The notes under the pieces: model-generated | The model's input: only the letters and a program-made list of their open reading frames with translations | The model's database searches: none | What the model was told of the DNA's origin: nothing | Made by a program: the position numbers and the translations under genes | Part shown: in pieces, positions 56,404 through 64,000 of the stretch | Numbering within the stretch: position 1 is the first letter of the stretch | How the letters are laid out: each line of letters opens with the position of its first letter | Origin: Octopus vulgaris | Taxonomy: Eukaryota | Length of the DNA stretch: 64,000 nucleotides | Reading direction: 5' to 3' | Assembly: GCA_951406725.2 (NCBI GenBank) | Contig: OX597815.1 | Span: 111,228,001 to 111,292,000 of the forward strand

Positions 56404-58201
56404 AATTTCTTTATTGGCCACAAGGGCCCAACACAGAGAGGACAGCACAAGGACAAACAACACAAAGTGGTGACATAAAACATAAACGAATGAATGAAAT
56501 GAATTATATAGTTAATGAAGGTGGAATCGCTACTCGAGCCCCACTCTCGAGTAGTACTATTTACCTATTTCTTCTTCAATGTTTATCGATCTTAAATCAA
56601 ATTTCCACTTATATTATCAGGTCATATATTGTTTGAAGTTCTCATATTCCCTCACGGTAGGTAGAGAGTCATATCCTACCTCTGGTCTCGTTGGGTCTAT
56701 GTCATTGCACCAAAATCCTTTTAGTTTTTTTTGTACCTGTCCATATCTGTTAGCATGTATTTTATGCCTGTTGGGTGGCACCCCACAGGCAAATTTGACT
56801 TGTACTTGTGACGGTAGTAGCAGCTTATTGTTGATTTGATCTTTGAAATTTTTCTCTCGATGGCCGTGCTTCTCACATAAGTCATCATATATATATTTTT
56901 GTGAATGGCCTATGAGATTTGTGTGTCTGCTTGTGTTTCTATATGTGTTTCTCTTAGTGTATGTTTATCTGGAGATTATGGGTAGTTTGAGATGTTTGTG
57001 GTTTTAACGGGTGTTTGCGGCGGTGTGGTTGACTGTGCGAATGTGTTTTCTATATTTTTTCTTTGTGTTTTGGGTGCTTGTGTGTTACTTGTTTCTTTCT
57101 TTTTCTTTTTGTTCAGGTTCTTTGCGGGGTGTTGGTATTTTTTAGTTCCTTTCTCTTTCTGCTCTGCATCTCCTCGAACTCTTCGTCTATAATTTCCACA
57201 TTTGTTGCTTCTATGGTTTTCTCTAACTTTTTCGACTCTGTTGCTGTTCTCTTCCTGCTACTCATCCACGCTCTCTGGTTGTTTACAAGACGGCAGCTCA
57301 CCTGTATGTGCCTCCTCTGTCTGCAATGATAGCAGGTGGGAGGACTGCCGTCTACCACCACTCATAGCTTCACTTCTTCTGGCAGCTCAATTTCCTCTAC
57401 AATTTTTTCTACGTCCTATGTGGTAGCCTGGATTACAACATCCATGCCATATGCCCAGCAGTACAATTGCTTTGTCCGAGCCACTATCAGTATTTTTGAG
57501 TCCTCTTTTGCTCCAGTCAAAACTGCTGCAAGCAGCCACATCTCTGCGATCTCAGGGTGCACCCTGCCAATCCTTACTCTCGCCACACGTTTATTGAGCT
57601 TGGCAGAAGTACCCATTCCTCCGTTCTCAATGTCGTAGTGGAGTGCTTTATTGCCGCCTCTACGGTAGCAAAACGCACTTCCACTATGCCGAATCATCTT
57701 CCTCTACAAAAATTTGGATGGCGTTCCTGAATTCTTTCAGACACTCATCTATGGCTTCTTCACTTGCCATCTTTATTTTCTTACTCTTGACTGACAGCGT
57801 TGTGTAATCCAGTATTTCTTTGTTTTTTTCATTTTTGTAACATTTCAGTGGGATTCAACTTTAGCCTTGACCCCTGTCTCTAAATTAAGTCCTTGCTCTC
57901 CAAAATTTCCAAATTCACTTGTACCTATTCCAATTCCAGCCGGTTAACGGTAGCTGTAACATTCTGGCGGTTTGCTACCGATGCGTAGCTTGCAGCTCGT
58001 GTTTGTACCTGCACCACTTCCATAGCGTGATGCTATTTTTGCTCTTAATAGGAGAGAAAACAAAAACTAGGTAAACAGTATAACAATTATTTAACAATAG
58101 TTCGACAGTTTCAACAATGGATAAACTCATTAGGGAGAACCTTCAACAAAAGATAACTTATCTGTACCGGAATCACAACTGATTTAACATAGAACGTCAC
58201 G
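56404..58201 (-). mobile_element. ORF1-only non-autonomous non-LTR retroelement (HAL1-like architecture) with target-site duplication
   Basis: Minus strand: MEVVQVQTRAASYASVA (ATG 58023), an RRM-like region, knuckle CYHCRQRRHIQVSC (CX2CX4HX4C), a 3' stem-loop at 56530-56554 and an aataaagaaat tail. Flanked by about 22 bp direct repeats (56382-56403, 58202-58224). The ORF is broken by frameshifts. Confidence 0.75.
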
Positions 58202-60204
58202 TTTCTTTACAAGATCACCGACTCTCTCCCCACACTCGCTGCGCATGTCCATTTATGCTGTGGAACAGTCCATTAGGAGCCAAGACAACAAGGTTACATT
58301 AAGGACGGTGGTAGAAGGCTGACTAGAGGTTGGCATGTTGCCAACGACTACTATAAGAACAAACGGAATCCTCCGCTACTACCATGGCACTTGTCACCAT
58401 CACCAAACGTCGTAGACAACACCATCACCACGCCATGCACCCCCATCGACAACCACATTCACGACCAGTGCTGTCAACCTGGAGCCAGTCTTTCAACGCC
58501 GCCCTCAGAGCCACTGTCGCTGATGTGATCTCTACAGTACCAACAAAACTAGCATTTGGATAGCTGGTGCTACTAGCATACGCACTGGAATAATATGGAG
58601 TCACTACGTGGCTATCCAAATAAGCAGGATTTATGTAAACACAGTTTTTTACTGTATCCTTTACGCCCGAACTATAAAGGTATTGTAAATTGTTTTGGAA
58701 ACCTTTCTTAGTTCTCATTTCATTTATTACAATAGGTATATTATTAAATGCATCCGTAATTATTGAATTAATACATTCTAAGTATATTATTGAATTAATG
58801 CATTCGTCATTGGTTCAGCCACTTAACCTTAGTGCATACGCTTCTCAGAACTGAAACTTTAATTTGAATTCAGTAGCTTGAAGGAGAAATGATACATCAT
58901 ACTGACTCTCCTTGAATCAGTAGGTAACGATGAACATATTGTCCCTCAATATTAGATATGTGGTTTTATAAATAAAGTTGTCAATTTTTCGCCTTAACAT
59001 TCATGTGCCTCATACATTATCCAATTCGTATAGCTATTGAAAACTGAAATTACCGAACAGGTTTTAGGTCAATACACTTAGTATATTTACTGTCACCAAG
59101 CAAAGTGAAATCTAGAGCTTTTTTTTTAGACAACCAATATTCTCTCTTTCAATTACATAGTTACTTCAAAAGGAAATCACCTAAAACGTTTATACAAGAT
59201 ATCTTCATAGCATTATAATTGTGATAAGAACCGGGCAATTGGTACTGAGTTCAAATAATTGACATTCTAAATCTGTCAGTTACTGACATTGTCCAGTTTC
59301 ATTCGATGCATCTAAATTCTTAAACACACAGAATGCTCCAGGAATTTATCAATAATCAGTATAGTAGCATTCATTAGCCAATTGAAAATTGAATTACCAA
59401 AAGTAATGTTTAAGGGTTTAATGGGAACCCTAACCTTCATGTGATTCTCAAAAATGTTGTAGAATACGAATTGACACATACCATTAAATTGAACAAACAT
59501 GATGATAAACGTGATACGGAACAATTTTTGATGATTAACAGCTATTTGGACCGAAAGTGCAGAGTAACGAATTTCTAAATGTGTGAATTGAAATTATTTA
59601 TGATACTGATTTACTATCGGATTGAATGAAATTTTATGAAAGGGAATCAGTGTTAAAGGTTAAGGATAAAATGAAAGTGAATGAATACTGTTATTAGTAT
59701 ACAACCGATTCAGAATATAAAAAAAAACTATTTAATGGAAGAGTTAAGAACTCTATTCTAAACGCCTAAAAGCCTAATTTAATTACAGATTGGATTCTTT
59801 CAATTATTAAGTACTAGTTATTTCAATTGTAAAATGATAACTAATCTTTCTCTTAAATGATTGTTAATTTATCATTTTATACGTTAACTGGTATTACTTT
59901 ACAGAAGTTAAGATGAGATAAGATAGCCTCCGATCCATGCAGATGTGTCTACATGCATATCTAAATACATGCACAAATACAAAATTGCACGAGCTCATAT
60001 GTACATATATACCAATGCGCTATTCATTTGTAGTACTAACTTCTTACGGGTCCTCAATATTGAACTATTAGAATGAAACGAATGCTTCAAAGACACCTAT
60101 TACGACTTTCAGTATTCTGTCTTGTAATTCTTTTATGTATGCTACTATGATATGTACTCCATTTGACTAAAAACAAAGTGTTTACATACAAAAAAAAAAG
60201 AAAA

Positions 60205-60460
60205 ATTTCAATCGAAGTCGGATGTAGAGGGTTTTTTGGACACAGTGTGAGACGACTGTTGTTATCGTTAGGCCTAACTCATTGTAAGGTAAATACTACC
60301 ATGACCGATATCCAATCTACAGTGGAGAAGGCTAGCCACTGCATTTAATAAACAGTTGATCTAGCAAGCGTGGCCTCATATCAGTGCGCATTGATGCCGT
60401 CGAGAGGTAGGCCCCGAAACGGTGCACATTATCTCCTGATGACCCTATACACTTACTAGC
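60205..60460 (+). pseudogene. 3' end of a HERO-like RLE non-LTR retrotransposon
   Basis: IEVGCRGFFGHSVRRLLLSLGL...VEKASHCI matches the EVGCRGF...AE.AS.WIW C-terminus of HERO-type elements; a short 3' UTR follows. Confidence 0.7.
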
Positions 60461-61051
60461 TTCCGGTATGAGTTAAAATGAAGAACTGATAAAGAACTAC
60501 GTTAAATACCTTCTACTATTTTAGTATTTTATTTAACGTATCGCCTTGTCAGTACAACGCATAATGTTAGATTCAGTTATTTACTGTATACTTATTTTAT
60601 TTTTTTACTCTTGTATACTTGTTTTATTTATAATTTTTTGTAAGTAGGTACTGAACTAACTTACAAAGGAACTGTTCTTTATTCTAACTCATGCTTTGCG
60701 CTGTATGCCACTAGCTACATGCAAATACCAAAATATATTCTAATCGAAATAAATGATACGGAGATAAAAGAACGGTGTACCTTTATTCACAGACATATAG
60801 TGCTATAGAGTACTTCAGCCATGTAGCTACACACGTGCTTTTCTTTGACTTTTTTCTTCTCTGGGCCTTTCCTTTCTCCTCGTTTTAGACAAAGAGCTAT
60901 GCTTCAAACATAAAAATTCCACTCTTCATTTCCACCTTTGCTGAGCATCAAGCTAATACATTCCATATATACGTGCTTGCTTTTTTGTTATTTGTTATTT
61001 TCAATGTTCGTTTTATTAATGCTTAGTTGTTAGTGTTCTATTTGATGATAT

Positions 61052-61098
<47 letters not shown>

Positions 61099-63399
61099 AA
61101 TATATATTTATGTATGTATGTCTGTATATATATATATAGATGTATATATGTATATATATATACATATATAAATATGTGTATGTGTATATACATACACACA
61201 ATCAGAGGGATACGTATGCATACATGCGCGCGCGAACATATGTAGTTATAGATATATATGTATACATAGTTTTCATATATAGAGGCTAGCATGCATCAAA
61301 CCGTGACTACGTTCGGCGATGAAAAAAAAACAAGCTGCAAAACAATGGAAAAGACTATTGACGTTTATGCCATGATTTAAATAGATTTAAATTAATTTAT
61401 CAATCACAAGAATATACTTCTCATCACTAAATGTGTGGTAATACTAACTGAAAGTGATTCTAATTACTTGGTAGACCATGTAGGAATACCAGCTAAATAA
61501 TTCTCAAATCTGATGTTACACTTTTAGAAATACTGCTTATTGTACAGTTCATATTAGCATTAGTCACATCGATTAGCCACAGCAGCCGCCACAGCAGGAG
61601 CAGTGACAAGAACAAAAGCAACATATTTGGAAAACATGAATTCAGTTAAAAAAGCAACGGCGCCGTTCAAATCACTTAATAAAATCTACTACCTGAGAAA
61701 ACTAACATTAGATGTGAAATTAAATAGTGAAATAAAATGCAGATTAACAATTACATAAATGGTTTTAGCAGACTAATATAGAAACCTAGTTATAACAATG
61801 ATAGGAAATCTCATTCTTATCGTAGCTGTAACAGCCCTTTTGTAGTTGAGTCATAGGTGTTGGAAGTTGATAGTGAGATAGAGGTCGATACATTTGAAAT
61901 TAGAAGCAAGTTAAAGATACTTTGAATTCTATACCGAGAACATTCAAGTAGCAATAGTCTTAGGGAAATAACATTTCATGTGTGTTCTACAAGGGATTTC
62001 TGTCAATCGCTGGCAAAACAGGTAATTTACGATTAAAAAATCCAATAAAAGAATATAAACAATATAGAATCTATAATTGAAACACAATGGGATTCTCACA
62101 GATGAACATAATAGGTAATTTGACTTTGAGGACCGAGGGAGAGGGAAATTTCGCTCTAACATACAATTAGCTAGATAGATCATTGATTGATTGATTGATT
62201 GATATAGATGGAGATATAGTTATAGGTGGACATGCTTTAAACAAACATACACATTGTATATATGAGTATACTTATTATGCACTATATTTACATTGCAAGG
62301 CATAGCATGCCCAATTCCATACATGATATATTGAAACGTTTTAAATATTTCGAGGAATTGAACTTGAATTTCACGGAAATTCATTTCAAAATAATCTTTG
62401 TCACATTTAACAAACATAGAATATACCAATTCTGTATCATTTCATGAATCTATTAATTCGCTGCATTAGCAGTACGTTAATAGATCAATAGAATGATACA
62501 GAAAGAGTGATACGAGTGTCGTGTGTCATTAGAAAAAAAAATCTATCATCCCTATCTATATTGTGAATATTACTAGAATACTATTAAATATAAACGAGAT
62601 AAAACGCATATAATCTTAGAACTCTAATTAGATATGGATCCTACTACACTACTTTCGGGAGTAATTGAAGAATTCTATCACGAAAGGCGTCACAGAGTCT
62701 AACATCTGTTCTTTTGTGAGTTTATGCAGTGCTAGTTTTATTAAGAAAACACGCGCAGTATTGGATATAGGCAGCACAATACCTGATGGAATCAGAATAA
62801 CACACCAACAATATTTTTCTGCTGCAACACTGCGTCACCAATTAATTTCATAAGATACTGGAACGATATATTAAGATATGATATATGATATATTACATAA
62901 ATTGATTGAATTTTCTTTTGTCCTAGAAGTAGCTGGAGAAGTGCATAGAGTGTACTGCAGTGATAAAATTACTGAAAGAAAATGAATCGTGATCATTTCT
63001 GATAAGCATAATTTAAGCAGAGGGTAGATATTCTGCGAAGGAAATATATAGCTTGCATGTAAGTGAAATACACATTTGAATAATATGATACTTTTATTTC
63101 ACTTTAGAAAGGAAATTTTAATCAAGGTTTTCCTTTTAAAATATATGCTGTGCGAATATATTAGTATTATGCACTCTCACGCTAAGAACTTATTTATGGA
63201 AAGCAAAGATGAGCAAAGTTATTCAGCAGCACTTTTGCTGAGAGAAACTGATTTCGGTTGAGAAAATGGCAGAATTGCTGAGCCTCTACTCGGGGTACAA
63301 GACACCAGGACTGCTTGGTCGGCCCTATGAGCTCTATTTCCACATGCATGATTTCTTTGCTCGTGTTTTGACAGCCGTCTACAGCAGGTGACAACAGAT

Positions 63400-63970
63400 T
63401 GGTGGCAGAAACGTTAGTACCCCGGGTGAAATGCTTACCGGTATTTCGTCTGCCGCTACGTTCTGAGTTCAAATTCTGCCAAGGTCGACTTTGCCTTTCA
63501 TCCTTTCGGGGTCGATTAAATTCGGACCAGTTACGCACTGCGTCGATATAATCGACTTAATACGTTTGTCTGTCCTTGTTTTCCTCTCTGTGTTTAGCCC
63601 CTTCTGGGTAGTAAAGAAGTAGGTATTCCATCTGTCTTTGCGTTCTGAGTTCAAATTCCACTAAGGTCAACTTTGCTTTCATTATTTCAGGGTCGATAAA
63701 TTAAGTACCAGTTGCGTACTTGGGTTGATCTAATCGACTGGCGCCCTCTCCCAAGATTTCAGGCTTTGTGCCTAGAGTAGAAAAGAATCGTTAGCACGCC
63801 GGGCGAATGCTTAGCTCTATTTCGTCTGTCTTCAAATTCCGCCGGGATCGACTTTGCCTTTCATCTATAAGGGGTCGATAAATTAAGTACCAGTTACGCA
63901 GTAGGGTCTATGTAATCGACTGCTCCCTCCTCTAGAATCTTAGGCCTTGCGCCTATAATAGAAAATATTA
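63400..63970 (+). mobile_element. Tandem trimer of SINE family 2 units
   Basis: Same head and core as 34478. The first unit has an aaagaagtag tail; later units have ccttgtgcct...agaaaa tails. Confidence 0.9.
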
Positions 63971-64000
63971 TTATTGATATTATTATTTTTATTATTATTA

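Noticed and set aside
60410-60450. Permuted (type II) hammerhead in the HERO-like 3' UTR
   Set aside because: GAAAC and CTGATGA are present, but the triplet would be GUG and stems I and II do not pair.

Overview
AT-rich, repeat-dense animal intergenic or intronic DNA. The SINE families and the (TA)n, (CA)n, (ATT)n and (CATA)n tracts look like an octopus or other cephalopod genome (inference). I cannot support any intact host protein-coding gene; most long ORFs in the track are microsatellite translations. The window holds many decayed mobile elements: three tRNA-derived SINE families, a 5'-truncated RTE LINE (52.3-54.6 kb), older RTE-like RT relics, CRE-like and HERO-like endonuclease tails, Tc1/mariner relics, pogo-like and piggyBac-like MITEs, and two copies of a non-autonomous Helitron. 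Three things stand out. (1) A dispersed set of Penelope-like (PLE) terminal repeats beside (TA)n tracts, often in fold-back arrangement, repeatedly carries type I hammerhead-ribozyme cores (CTGANGA...GAAAC-palindrome-GTH). Some have enlarged stem II inserts, and one follows a GIY-YIG endonuclease remnant. (2) A 1.8 kb TSD-flanked retroelement encodes only an ORF1 with a CCHC knuckle, and its 3' tail is shared with the tandem SINE units. (3) A Helitron has captured a homolog of that same ORF1. All calls are by eye; no searches or folding programs were run.
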